From Thermoanaerobaculia bacterium (GTDB lineage: Bacteria > Acidobacteriota > Thermoanaerobaculia > Multivoradales > UBA5704), in NCBI GenBank assembly GCA_044226625.1, contig JBGAGQ010000054.1:1-46377 (forward strand): a stretch of DNA of 46,377 nucleotides. The letters are read 5' to 3'. The notes under the pieces were generated by a model. It was not told the origin of the DNA, searched no databases, and worked only from the letters and a program-made list of their open reading frames with translations. A program made the position numbers and the translations under genes. Within the stretch, counting starts at the first letter, position 1; the number at the start of each line of letters is the position of its first letter. Shown one piece after another: positions 17,902 through 27,436 of this stretch.

Positions 17902-19172
17902 TCACGAGCGCTCCGATGGGACGCCGGTTCCGCGGCCTCGGCCTCGTCGTCGGGCTGTGCTGCTGCGCGATGGTCGGCGGAGTCGCGGCCGCCCAGGAGC
18001 TCTACGTCGTCGACGGCGGCGGCGGGTTCCTTCGCTTCGAGCTCGGAACGGGCAAGGTCTTCGCCGCCTGGTCTCTCGACCCGGTCGCGGGGCTGGGCCC
18101 TCTCGCCGCCGCGGCACCGACACGGGGCGGCTCGGCGGGTCAGACCCCCGCGGTTCCGGCGGAGGCCGATCCGGCGGTCGCCGTGGGCTCGACGCACGTC
18201 GTCGTCGCCTTACCCGGCCCTTCCCCGGCCCCGAGCCGGGAACCGAACCGAGCGGCCTATCGGCTGGCGTCGCTCGCGCTTCCGGATCTCACCCCCACGG
18301 CCGCCCGCTGGACCGTGCCCCAACCGCTCGTTCTCCCCCCGGCGCTCCTCGCGAGCCCGGTGGAAGATCGCCTGCTCGTTCAGTGGCGCGACGAGCGGGC
18401 GGAGGTTACGGCGACGGGATCGACGCTCGTGCTCCGGACCGTGGCGCTCAAGGCCTCGACCCTCGAAGAGGTGGAGCGCTGGGTCGCGCTCGTCCCGGAC
18501 GACGCGCCGGCCTCCCCTCTGCTCGACGGCGCGAGCTTCGCCGCGGACGGCCGGACGCTGGTCGCCCCGGGCCGGGTGATCCGTTTCGAATCCGGCACCT
18601 TCCGCGCCGAGCCCACCCACGTCGCGTGGACCACGGAGCAGCAGGCGAAGCTCGCGAGCTACTCACCGCCGGTGCCGGGCTCGGCGGCGCCGTCCTTCGT
18701 CTACGCGCCGATCCACGCCGCGGCCGGGCGCGAGCTGGTGCTCGTCCGCTCCGAGCGGCCGGAGGTCGCGGGCGACCTGCTGCTCGTCCACGATCCGCTC
18801 ACCGGCGCCTCGTCGCCGCTGTTCGAGGTGCCGCGCGCCACCGCGGCGCTCACGCCGGACGGCCGCCGCATCGTAGTGCAGGAGGTCGTCGCCCCGGCGA
18901 ACCGGGCGGTCTCGCTCACCCGCACCACCGGCAAGCTCCGCGTCCTGGACGCCGATACCGGGCGAGCGATCGCGAGCCTCGAGAGCCCGCTGCTCGCGGG
19001 CACGCTCGAAAACGTCCGGTTCCGCTGCGCCTCGCCCGACGGCCGGACCCTGATCTTCCGCGGCGCCATGGCCGAGGTCGTCGTCGTCGAGCTCGGCCCG
19101 GGCAAGGTCTGGACCCCCAACGTCGGTTTCTCGGTCGATTTCGCCGCGCAATGCGCCTTCCTCGAGGATTGA
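17892..19172 (+). CDS. Exported hypothetical protein with beta-propeller-like repeats (candidate immunity protein)
   Basis: Start is probably at 17892, 17898 or 17916 (the first two overlap the upstream stop), not 17670. Signal peptide GRRFRGLGLVVGLCCCAMVGGVAAA|QE; ADGRTL, TPDGRRI and SPDGRTL turns. Confidence 0.65.
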   Translation: MPLITSAPMGRRFRGLGLVVGLCCCAMVGGVAAAQELYVVDGGGGFLRFELGTGKVFAAWSLDPVAGLGPLAAAAPTRGGSAGQTPAVPAEADPAVAVGSTHVVVALPGPSPAPSREPNRAAYRLASLALPDLTPTAARWTVPQPLVLPPALLASPVEDRLLVQWRDERAEVTATGSTLVLRTVALKASTLEEVERWVALVPDDAPASPLLDGASFAADGRTLVAPGRVIRFESGTFRAEPTHVAWTTEQQAKLASYSPPVPGSAAPSFVYAPIHAAAGRELVLVRSERPEVAGDLLLVHDPLTGASSPLFEVPRATAALTPDGRRIVVQEVVAPANRAVSLTRTTGKLRVLDADTGRAIASLESPLLAGTLENVRFRCASPDGRTLIFRGAMAEVVVVELGPGKVWTPNVGFSVDFAAQCAFLED

Positions 19173-19211
19173 GCCGGAATTCGCCGGATTTTCGGAGATG
19201 AGGTTTCGGAG

Positions 19212-22200
19212 ATGACACCGAACCAGGTCGCACGCCAAGCCCTTCTCGCCGCCGCCTTGGGCGCCTTCGCGCTCGCCGTTCCGGCGCGGGCGCAGCTCGA
19301 CGCGAGCTGCGTCGTGAGCGCTTTCAACCGCTCGGCCCCGGTGCGCGAGGACGGCTCCTGGCGCCTGCCCAACGTCCCCGCGAACCAGGGACGGGTGCGC
19401 GTGCGCGCCACCTGCGTCGCCGACGGCGCGGTGCGCTCCGGCCAGTCGCCGTTGGTGACGCTCGAGGCGAACGGCCAGATCGTCGTGCCGCCGATCGATT
19501 TTTCGACCTTCCGGCAGATCCCGTCCCGGCTCGCCCTCACCGCGCCGGAGGTCCGCCTCGCCGAGGCCGGAGCGACCGTCCAGATCCTCGCCCTCGCGAC
19601 TTACCCCGACGGCTCGACCGAGGACGTCAGCGCGGGAAGCCTGGGCACCAGCTACCGCTCGAGCAACCCGGCGATCGCGGACGTCGACGGGGACGGCCTC
19701 GTCACCGCGCGCGCGAGCGGCATCGCGCTGGTCAGCGCGGTGCAGGAGGGCGCCCTCGCGATCCTGGAAATCACCGTCGTCGTCTCGGGCGACAGCGACG
19801 GCGACGGCATTCCGGACGACCTGGAGATGGCGAACGGCCTCGATCCGCACGATCCGGTCGACGCGCTGCTCGACCTGGACGGCGACGGGCTGACCAACGC
19901 CGAGGAGCTGCTCACCTACGGCACCGCGATCCGCAACGCCGATACCGACGGCGACGGCCTTTCCGACGGCGAGGAGGTCACCCCCGGCGGCGACGGCTTC
20001 CTCACCAACCCCGCTCTCGCCGATACCGACGGCGACGGCGTGGCCGACGGGCTGGAGATCGAAACCCATACCGATCCGACCGATCCCGCGAGCTTCGACC
20101 TCGCCCTCGCGCTCGCCTCGATCTCGCTGTCGCCGCAGAGCCTGGTCCTCACCTTCAACCCGCTGTTCGGCGAGGTGTCGCGCCAGGTCGCCGTCACCGG
20201 GCATCTGCGCGACGGGCGGACGCTCGACCTCACCTCCCGGGCCCGCGGCACCACGTACCTGTCGAGCGACCTGTCGATCTGCAACTTCGGCTCCGACGAC
20301 GGCCGGATCTTCGCCGGCGCCGAGGGGACCTGCACGGTCACCGCGACGAACGCCGGCTATTCCGCCACCGTGCTGGTCACCGTCCGCTCGTTCCGCCCGA
20401 CGGCCCTCTCCTACCTCGACCTGCCGGGCTATCCGAACAACGTCGACGTCTCCGGCCCCTACGCCTTCGTCGCCGACGGCGACGCGGGGCTCGCCGTGGT
20501 CGACGTGAGCGTTCCCGACGCGCCCTCGCTCGCGACGATCCTCAGCGTGCCCGGGATCGCGAACGACGTGCGCGTGGTCGGCGATCTTGCCTACCTCGCC
20601 GACGGCAGCGGAGGCCTCGCGATCGTCGACGTCTCGAGCCCCGACGCGCCCCAGCCGCGCGGCCTCCTCGCCCCCGCCGGCGTCGACTTCCGCGACGTCG
20701 TGGTGCGCGGGGGCGTCGCCTACGTCGCCGACCGCAACGGCCGCTTCTGGCGGATCGACGTGAGCGATCCCGACGCCCCCGCGGTGATCGACATGCTCGA
20801 CCTCACCGACGCCGACGGCGTACCGCTGATCCTCCGCGGCGTCGCGGTAGCCGCCGACGGCACGTTCGCCACGATCGTCGCCGCGAGCGGCGGCGGGGGC
20901 GGAGGCGGCGCCGACCTCCGGTCGAGCGCCATCGCCGGCAGCGGGCTCACCGTGATCGACCTCACCGACCCGATCGGCCTGCGGGTCGCCGGCACCGTGC
21001 CCACCGGCGACGCGCGAGACGTCGCGATCGAAGGCCGCACCGCCTACGTGGCCGACCTGGCGTTCGGTCTGACCGTCGTCTCGCTCGCCGATCTTTCGGC
21101 GCCCGCGGTGGTGGCCTCCGCGCCGGCCGACACCGGCGGCCTGCTGCTCGACGTCGAGCTCACCCGCGGCCTCGCCTTCGGCGCCGACGTCGTCTTCGTC
21201 AACGGCGTCCCGATCTCCGCCATCTCCGGCGACGCCCCGCCGCAGCCGCGGGCGATCCTCGACTTCTCGGCGTACGGCGACGAGAACGGCTCCGGCATCG
21301 CGGTCGACTCCGAGCTGGTCTACCTGACCGCCGGCTTCGCGATCGGCGACGAGCAGACGTCCGGCGGCGGACGGCTCTACATCGGGCGCTACGCCGAGCG
21401 GGCCGACGATCAGGGCGTCCCGCCGACCGTCGCGATCGCATCGCCCGCCGACGGCGCGACCGTGTTCGAAGGGGCCGAGCTGCCGGTGGCCGCCACAGCC
21501 GCCGACGACGTGGGGGTGGCCCGCGTCGACTTCCTTGCCGACGGCGTTCCGCTCTCTTCGGACGTCGCCGAGCCGTTCGAGGCCAAGGTGGTCGTTCCCA
21601 CGGGCGCCACGGCGCTCACGCTCGGCGCCCGCGCGGTCGACTTCGGCGCCAACGAGGCGCTCGCGCCCGAGGTCACCGTGCAGATCGTCCCCGATCCACT
21701 CACCACGGTCGTCGGCTCCGTCCTCGCCCCGACCGGCGAGCCGATCGCGGACGCCCAGGTCGAGAGCGACGGGATCCCGGGAATCGTCGCGCCCGACGGC
21801 ACCTTCTCGATCGCCGGCGTGCCGACGATCCACGGGCCGATCGTGGTGAACGCGAGCGGCACGCTGGACGGCGAGCCGCTCACCGCCCGCTCGGCTGGCA
21901 CCGCTCCGGTCCCCGGCGGCACCACCGACGTCGGCACGATCGTCCTCCAAGGGGCGGCGTGCGCCACCGGCGAGCTCTCGTTCGACGCGATCCCGGCGTC
22001 CCTGCGGGCGATCTTCCTCTGCCGAACCGGCCCGGTCACCCAGCCCGTCGACCTCTACCGCCTCACCGACGGCGGCGCCGGGATCGCGGCACGCGCCCGC
22101 CGCACGGCGTCGGCACACATCGGAGGCGATGAACCCGGAGGCCGGACCGGCAACGGCACGGCGGCGGGCGAGGAGTTCCTGGGGCAGGTCGTCCCCGACT

Positions 22201-22424
22201 CGTCCGGCCGGTTCTGCGCCGAGCTCCGCACCGGCGACCGCTATCTCCTGCGCGCTTTCGTTACCTGCGAGGACGGCCAGATCCAACTCTGCTCGGCTCC
22301 GCTCGAACGGCATCGGTCCGACATCACCGCGCACTGCTCCGACGCCTCGCCGGTCTGCGAGAGCCTCGGGCCGATCGTCTTCCCCTGCGAGCCGGTCGTG
22401 CTCGACGAGCTCGGGGGCCGATGA
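19212..22424 (+). CDS. Secreted Ig-like/TSP3-type Ca-binding/LVIVD-repeat protein
   Basis: Signal peptide ending ARA|Q; SSNPAIADVDGDGLVTA (Big_2-like); DSDGDG/DTDGDG repeats; YAFVADGDAGLAVVDVS-type LVIVD repeats; PPTVAIASPADG Ig domain; Cys-rich C-terminus. Confidence 0.85.
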   Translation: MTPNQVARQALLAAALGAFALAVPARAQLDASCVVSAFNRSAPVREDGSWRLPNVPANQGRVRVRATCVADGAVRSGQSPLVTLEANGQIVVPPIDFSTFRQIPSRLALTAPEVRLAEAGATVQILALATYPDGSTEDVSAGSLGTSYRSSNPAIADVDGDGLVTARASGIALVSAVQEGALAILEITVVVSGDSDGDGIPDDLEMANGLDPHDPVDALLDLDGDGLTNAEELLTYGTAIRNADTDGDGLSDGEEVTPGGDGFLTNPALADTDGDGVADGLEIETHTDPTDPASFDLALALASISLSPQSLVLTFNPLFGEVSRQVAVTGHLRDGRTLDLTSRARGTTYLSSDLSICNFGSDDGRIFAGAEGTCTVTATNAGYSATVLVTVRSFRPTALSYLDLPGYPNNVDVSGPYAFVADGDAGLAVVDVSVPDAPSLATILSVPGIANDVRVVGDLAYLADGSGGLAIVDVSSPDAPQPRGLLAPAGVDFRDVVVRGGVAYVADRNGRFWRIDVSDPDAPAVIDMLDLTDADGVPLILRGVAVAADGTFATIVAASGGGGGGGADLRSSAIAGSGLTVIDLTDPIGLRVAGTVPTGDARDVAIEGRTAYVADLAFGLTVVSLADLSAPAVVASAPADTGGLLLDVELTRGLAFGADVVFVNGVPISAISGDAPPQPRAILDFSAYGDENGSGIAVDSELVYLTAGFAIGDEQTSGGGRLYIGRYAERADDQGVPPTVAIASPADGATVFEGAELPVAATAADDVGVARVDFLADGVPLSSDVAEPFEAKVVVPTGATALTLGARAVDFGANEALAPEVTVQIVPDPLTTVVGSVLAPTGEPIADAQVESDGIPGIVAPDGTFSIAGVPTIHGPIVVNASGTLDGEPLTARSAGTAPVPGGTTDVGTIVLQGAACATGELSFDAIPASLRAIFLCRTGPVTQPVDLYRLTDGGAGIAARARRTASAHIGGDEPGGRTGNGTAAGEEFLGQVVPDSSGRFCAELRTGDRYLLRAFVTCEDGQIQLCSAPLERHRSDITAHCSDASPVCESLGPIVFPCEPVVLDELGGR

Positions 22425-24082
22425 CCCGGCTCCCCTCGGGCCCGACCCGCCGTGAGCTGCTCGGCGGGCTCGCGGCGGCGGCGCTCGCGCCTCCTGCGGC
22501 TCGAGCGATTCACGCGGTCGACGCGGGGGAAGCAGGAACGCCGGCGCGGCACGCGCCGGCCGCCGCCGCGAAGCTCGACCCCGCGCTCGAGCGCGCCTAC
22601 GAGGTGCGGGTCGCCGCCGCGCGGTTGGCACGCGACGCCGGATCGGCGGCGCAGCGGAGCAACGGCGACGAGGAGCGCCTCCCCGCTCGGATCGCCGCCT
22701 TTTCCAAGGGGCTGCCGCACGACGCCGCCGGGCGGGTGGACGAAAAGTCCTACGCCGTGCTGCTCGCCGCGCTCCGGAGCGGCGCGCCCGAGGATTTCGA
22801 GCGGGTGCCGCTCGGCGGCTTCGCCAAGCTCGCCAACCCGCAAGCCGCCTGGGCGATCGGCCTCGTCGGCCCCGATCCGTCACAGCTCGCCTGCCCCCCC
22901 GCGCCGGCATTCGACGGCGCCGAGCAGGGGGCCGAGCTGATCGAGCTCTGGTGGCAGGCACTCCTGCGCGACGTCCCGTTCACCGCCTACGAGAGCCATC
23001 CGCTCGTCCGCTCCGCGTGCGACGAGCTGTCGCGCCTGCCCGCCTTCACCGGTCCGCGGCTCGGCGGCGCGGTCACCCCGGCGACGCTCTTTCGCGGCGC
23101 GACGGAAGGGGATCTCGCCGGGCCCTACCTCTCGCAGTTCCTGGCGAAGCCGATCCCGCTGGTACCGACGATTGTCGAGCAGAAGAACCGCACGGCCGTC
23201 CCCGGCCTCGACTACATGACCGAACGAGCCGGGTGGCTCGCGATCCAGAACGGCGGCCTGTCCGGCGTCAACCAATTCGAGGCCAAGCCGCTGTTTCCGC
23301 GGAACGGCCGCGACCTCGGCGAATACGTCCATCGCGACTTCTCCTACCAGCCGTATCTCGCGGCGGCGCTCCAGGCGATCAAATGGGGGACGCTGCCCGA
23401 CGGCGGCAACCCTTACAAGCACTCGCGAACGCAGAGCGCGTTCGCGACCTTCGGCCCGCCCTATTTGCTCGCGCTGCTCGCGACGGTCACCCAGGCCTGC
23501 CTCGCCGTCTGTTGGTACCAGAAGTGGCGGGTCCATCGCCGGCTGCGTCCGGAGGAGATGGCCGGCCGGGTGGAGATCGCGCGCGGCGGCCCCGACGAGG
23601 CCAGCGCGCTCCTCGCGTCGCACCTGCCCCCCGGGCTGCTGGATTCGGCCGCCCTCGCCGAGGTGACGAAGCGCGCGGGCACCGCGCTCCTCCCTCAGGC
23701 CTATCCGGAGGGGTGCCCCATCCATCCCTCTTACCCCGCCGGGCACGCGGTGATCGCGGGCGCGTGCGTGACGGCGATCAAGGCCTGTCTCGACGAGTCG
23801 CACGTCGTGCCGGCGCCGGTCGTCCCCACGCCGGACGGACTCGCGCTTGAGCCCTACCAGGGTCCGCCGCTCTCGATCGGCGGCGAGCTCGACAAGCTTG
23901 CGAGCAACGTCTCGCTCGGCCGCGATTTCGCCGGCATCCACTGGCGGAGCGACGCCGCCGCCGGCCTGCGTCTCGGCGAGGAGGTCGCGATCCGCGTCCT
24001 CGCGGAGATGAAGCTCACCGGCAACGAAATTTTCGAAAGCTGGAGCCTGCGCCGCTTCGACGGCCGGCGCGTCTCGGTCTGA
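22421..24082 (+). CDS. Tat-exported vanadium-dependent haloperoxidase
   Basis: Twin-arginine signal TRRELLGGL; vanadate-site motifs QKWRVHRRLRP, HPSYPAGHA and GRDFAGIHWRSD; ATGA overlap with the upstream gene. Confidence 0.9.
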   Translation: MTRLPSGPTRRELLGGLAAAALAPPAARAIHAVDAGEAGTPARHAPAAAAKLDPALERAYEVRVAAARLARDAGSAAQRSNGDEERLPARIAAFSKGLPHDAAGRVDEKSYAVLLAALRSGAPEDFERVPLGGFAKLANPQAAWAIGLVGPDPSQLACPPAPAFDGAEQGAELIELWWQALLRDVPFTAYESHPLVRSACDELSRLPAFTGPRLGGAVTPATLFRGATEGDLAGPYLSQFLAKPIPLVPTIVEQKNRTAVPGLDYMTERAGWLAIQNGGLSGVNQFEAKPLFPRNGRDLGEYVHRDFSYQPYLAAALQAIKWGTLPDGGNPYKHSRTQSAFATFGPPYLLALLATVTQACLAVCWYQKWRVHRRLRPEEMAGRVEIARGGPDEASALLASHLPPGLLDSAALAEVTKRAGTALLPQAYPEGCPIHPSYPAGHAVIAGACVTAIKACLDESHVVPAPVVPTPDGLALEPYQGPPLSIGGELDKLASNVSLGRDFAGIHWRSDAAAGLRLGEEVAIRVLAEMKLTGNEIFESWSLRRFDGRRVSV

Positions 24083-24101
24083 GAGAGCCACGAACGCAAG
24101 A

Positions 24102-24138
24102 CCGGCCGGGCCCGATGCGGACCCGGCCGGCCGGTTTT
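24102..24138. terminator. GC-rich hairpin between convergent genes (probable intrinsic terminator)
   Basis: CCGGCCGGGCCCG-ATG-CGGACCCGGCCGG stem, with TTTT a few bases downstream. Confidence 0.6.
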
Positions 24139-24151
24139 CGATCTCGACTCC

Positions 24152-27100
24152 CTACTGCGGATCCCACTCCACGATCAGCCGCGGCCGGTCGGCCGGGGCG
24201 GCCGCGCTGGAGAAGTAACGGGCGAGGTCGGATTTCTGATCGTCGTCGTCGTCCTTCGCGCAGAGCAGCCGGACCTGGGTCACCCCTTTGTCGTCGATCG
24301 GCGGCGTCCAGTTTGGATTCGGGAACGGCTGGTAGAACAGGTTCGCGTGGGACCACTCGCCGACGCTCGCGTAGCCGAGGACGCTCACGTTCGAAGCGGT
24401 CGCCGCCGCCTCGAAATCGCCCTTCTCCAGGGCCGGGTTCAGGCTGAAGCCCCCCTTGTGGTGGACGTCCACCCGGCACTGCCCGAGGGTGAGCTGGGTG
24501 TCGCCGCCGAGGTTGGTCTTGAGCTTGAGCAGCACCTCGGCGCCCGCGAGCGGCAGGCCGTCCGGCAGCCACGACGTGTCGAACGAGACGAACCCCTTCA
24601 CCTGCTCGTCGTTCGCCGTGTCGCCGACGTCGATCGTGTCGTTCGGCCCGACCACCGGCTGGACCTGGCCGCCGACGTTGCCGTTTTCCCCCTCTTCGAT
24701 CACCGAGCCGTCGAGACCCGGCGTGGAGGTCAGCGTGAAGTGCGGACCGAAGTCCGGCGGCAGGCAGGTCTCGACCTCGACGTCGTCGACGAAGAACGTC
24801 GACGTGCTCGCGTCGCCGTCCGAGATCGACCGGAAGACGATCTTCACCTTGCCGCCGAGCCAGGGGGTGAGGTCGATCCCCTGCGCGTCGAGCCAGACGT
24901 CTTTCGGCCAGCCCGAGTCGCGCCGGTCGACCACGGCGAGCACGTCGCCGCTCGCCGGATCCTGGATCTCGACGTTCAGGTAATCCCGGTAATCGTTCGT
25001 GTTGTTCTGCTCGAACGTGTCGAGCAGCGCCCGGAACCGAAGCGTGGCCGTCGACATCACCGACGGCAGGACGACCGTGAGCGAGGCCTCGTCCGCCTTG
25101 TCGACCGCGAGGGCGTGGTTGCCGCCGCCGTTCGGATCGAGCTCGATCGAGGCGCCGCCGAGGTCCCAATCGCCGGCGCCCGATTCGAAGTCGGACCCTT
25201 CGCTCGTGCAGGTGTCCGCGAGCTGCGCCTGCCAGGAATAGACGAGCCCGAACGGCTGCGGCCCCTCCGGCAGGCTCGCCGCGCTCACCTGGACGGTCCA
25301 GCTCCCCTGCTCGGGGTCGTCGACCACCACCTGTTCGAGCGTGTCGACGTCGTTACCCGCCCGCGCGGCCGGCAGCTCCGGCTTTGCCGGATCCAGCGTC
25401 CACGCCTGGAAGTGGACGCCCGACGGGGAGATCAGCTCCAGCGTGAGGTCGTTCACCAACGGCGTCTGCACGAACTCCGGCGGCGCCGGATCGTCCCAGG
25501 CGAGCGTCGCCTTGAACGACGGCAGGTCGGCGGGCACCAGGATCGAGTAGGTCCGGACGGTCGGCGGCTTGACGATCGTGTCGGTGCCCCATTGCGGCCG
25601 GTCGCCGTTGCCGAGCTTGCCGTCGTCGGCGCGCTCGAGGTCGATCAGCTCCTTGGCGTCGAGCAGACCGAAGCCGTAGACGTAATCCGGCCCGACCGGC
25701 CCGCGGTCGTGGGCGGTGTGGGCGAGCATCGCGCGCACCAGCGCCGGCAGCGGCCGCTCTTGGTCATCGCCGTGGCCGTTCTTCCGCCAATCCTCGATCA
25801 GCAGCGCGATCGTGCCGGTGACCGACGGCGCGGCCATCGAGGTGCCGCACCACGGGGCTCCCCCGGCGTCCGCCGAATAGTCGCCCCCGACAATCGAGGA
25901 ATAGATGCCGGACTCTTTCGTCACACGGCCGGTCTCGCAGCCGGGCGAGACGATCGTCGGCTTCAAGCTGCCGTCGTCGCACGGCCCCCAGCCGGAGAAG
26001 ACCGTCATCGAGCCGCCGTCGGAGTGGATGGCGCCCACCCCGACGATGTTCTTCGCGCACCCCGGCGGGCCGATCGTCGTGTAATCGGTGCCGCATTCCG
26101 GGTGGCCCCGCTCGTTGCCGACCGCCCACACCAGGCTCAGCGGGCGCTCGATCTTCGGATCCTTGCCCGCGATGATGTTGTCGACCGCCCGGCTGTAGTT
26201 GCCGTAGTCCCCTTGCGGTCCGCAGTTCAATTCCGGGCCGCCCGAGACCGCGAGGCCGATCGAGTTGTTCGCCACGTCGACCTTATTTTGGTTCGCCGCC
26301 TCCTCGTAGTCCTTTTCGAGGTCGCCCAGGTTCGAGAGGAACTCCACCTGGACCGGCGACGACCCAAAAGCCACGCCGGCCGAGAACAGCTGGGCCGCCG
26401 GGGCGACGCCGCGCCCGCGGGTGCCGCCGTTCGCGTCGTCGCTGCCGTCGCCCGCGAGGGTTCCCGCGACGTGGGTCGGGTGATCGCTCACCGGCTCGTT
26501 GTCGATCCTCTTCACGCGGCTGCCGTTGCCGTCGTCGAACGTCGGATGGCTGTCGTCGACCGTGCCGTCGTCGTAGACGAAGACGCGAGTTCCGTCGCCG
26601 TCGAGCTTGTACGGGGAGTCCTGCACCAGCCGGGCCCGCGTCTGGACGACCACGCCGTCGTTGAGCGGAGAGAGGGCGGGCGGCTCCTCGCCGATCCAGA
26701 GCACCCCTTCGAGCGCCGAGAGGTCGCCGATGCGCCCTTCCGGCAGCCAGAGCGCAAAGCCGTGGATCGACGAGACGTCCTCGAGCGGGATCGCCCCGAG
26801 CGCTTCGACGACCCCGCGCGCCTTCTCGAGCGAGAGGTCGCGGGCGAACGTGACCAGCAGCTTGACCCGGCCGGGCATCTTCGGATGCCGCGCCCGCGCC
26901 GAGAAACGGCCGGCGCGGACCTCCGGATCGAGCTTGCGCTCGGGGCTCCAGGCCGTGGCGAAGCGGATCTCCGGCCGGCGCAGCAGCCGGCCCGCGCGGC
27001 CCGCGGGCACCGCGGCGATCCAGGCGCCGTCACCCGCGTAGTCGCCTAGCTCGAGCCCCTCGGCCCGCCAAGCCTCGCGCTCGGCGGCGGACAGGTCGCG

Positions 27101-27313
27101 GTCGAGCTGGACGAGCAGGTGGAGATTGCCGTCGGCGGGCGTCCCCGCCTTTCGGTCGAGCTCCGCGAGGAGACGTTCGAACGCGGGTTTCGAGACCGTG
27201 ACGTCGCCCGATTTGAGGTGGATCTTCGAAAGCTCGCGCGGCGCGGCATAGGCCGAAGCGGCGGCGCCGAGCGCGAGGGCCAGCTGAGGCAGGAATCTCG
27301 TATTTCGTCGCAT
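24152..27313 (-). CDS. Secreted S8 (subtilisin-like) serine peptidase with C-terminal beta-sandwich domains
   Basis: Signal peptide and prodomain; catalytic triad VFVYDDG, DHPTHVAGT and GTSMAAP; oxyanion AVGNE; YGFGLLDA; C-terminal DNRLRE-like domain (KGFVSFDTS...RPRLIVEW). Confidence 0.92.
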   Translation of the reverse strand: MRRNTRFLPQLALALGAAASAYAAPRELSKIHLKSGDVTVSKPAFERLLAELDRKAGTPADGNLHLLVQLDRDLSAAEREAWRAEGLELGDYAGDGAWIAAVPAGRAGRLLRRPEIRFATAWSPERKLDPEVRAGRFSARARHPKMPGRVKLLVTFARDLSLEKARGVVEALGAIPLEDVSSIHGFALWLPEGRIGDLSALEGVLWIGEEPPALSPLNDGVVVQTRARLVQDSPYKLDGDGTRVFVYDDGTVDDSHPTFDDGNGSRVKRIDNEPVSDHPTHVAGTLAGDGSDDANGGTRGRGVAPAAQLFSAGVAFGSSPVQVEFLSNLGDLEKDYEEAANQNKVDVANNSIGLAVSGGPELNCGPQGDYGNYSRAVDNIIAGKDPKIERPLSLVWAVGNERGHPECGTDYTTIGPPGCAKNIVGVGAIHSDGGSMTVFSGWGPCDDGSLKPTIVSPGCETGRVTKESGIYSSIVGGDYSADAGGAPWCGTSMAAPSVTGTIALLIEDWRKNGHGDDQERPLPALVRAMLAHTAHDRGPVGPDYVYGFGLLDAKELIDLERADDGKLGNGDRPQWGTDTIVKPPTVRTYSILVPADLPSFKATLAWDDPAPPEFVQTPLVNDLTLELISPSGVHFQAWTLDPAKPELPAARAGNDVDTLEQVVVDDPEQGSWTVQVSAASLPEGPQPFGLVYSWQAQLADTCTSEGSDFESGAGDWDLGGASIELDPNGGGNHALAVDKADEASLTVVLPSVMSTATLRFRALLDTFEQNNTNDYRDYLNVEIQDPASGDVLAVVDRRDSGWPKDVWLDAQGIDLTPWLGGKVKIVFRSISDGDASTSTFFVDDVEVETCLPPDFGPHFTLTSTPGLDGSVIEEGENGNVGGQVQPVVGPNDTIDVGDTANDEQVKGFVSFDTSWLPDGLPLAGAEVLLKLKTNLGGDTQLTLGQCRVDVHHKGGFSLNPALEKGDFEAAATASNVSVLGYASVGEWSHANLFYQPFPNPNWTPPIDDKGVTQVRLLCAKDDDDDQKSDLARYFSSAAAPADRPRLIVEWDPQ

Positions 27314-27436
27314 GGCGGTTTTTCCCCAGAGTTGGCCCCAGGCGCTCTCTCGGGAATCCGCCCCGAGAGCTGGGGGTCAGGCTCAGGAGACGCCCCGCCG
27401 GTGCGCCGGTATTAGGGACCGTCGTACGATTTCCCC

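Noticed and set aside
18663-22961. Long antisense or alternate-frame ORFs (18663-22961 -, 12640-15693 -, 8960-12361 +, 3883-6054 +, 7003-9039 +, 24347-27049 +, 9609-12119 - and others)
   Set aside because: They are Arg/Pro/Gly-rich or motif-free shadows of well-supported genes, as expected in high-GC DNA.
27336-27375. Hairpin upstream of the S8 gene as a riboswitch or ncRNA
   Set aside because: Only a simple imperfect stem (CTCTCGGG/CCCGAGAG) is present, with no recognisable family motif.
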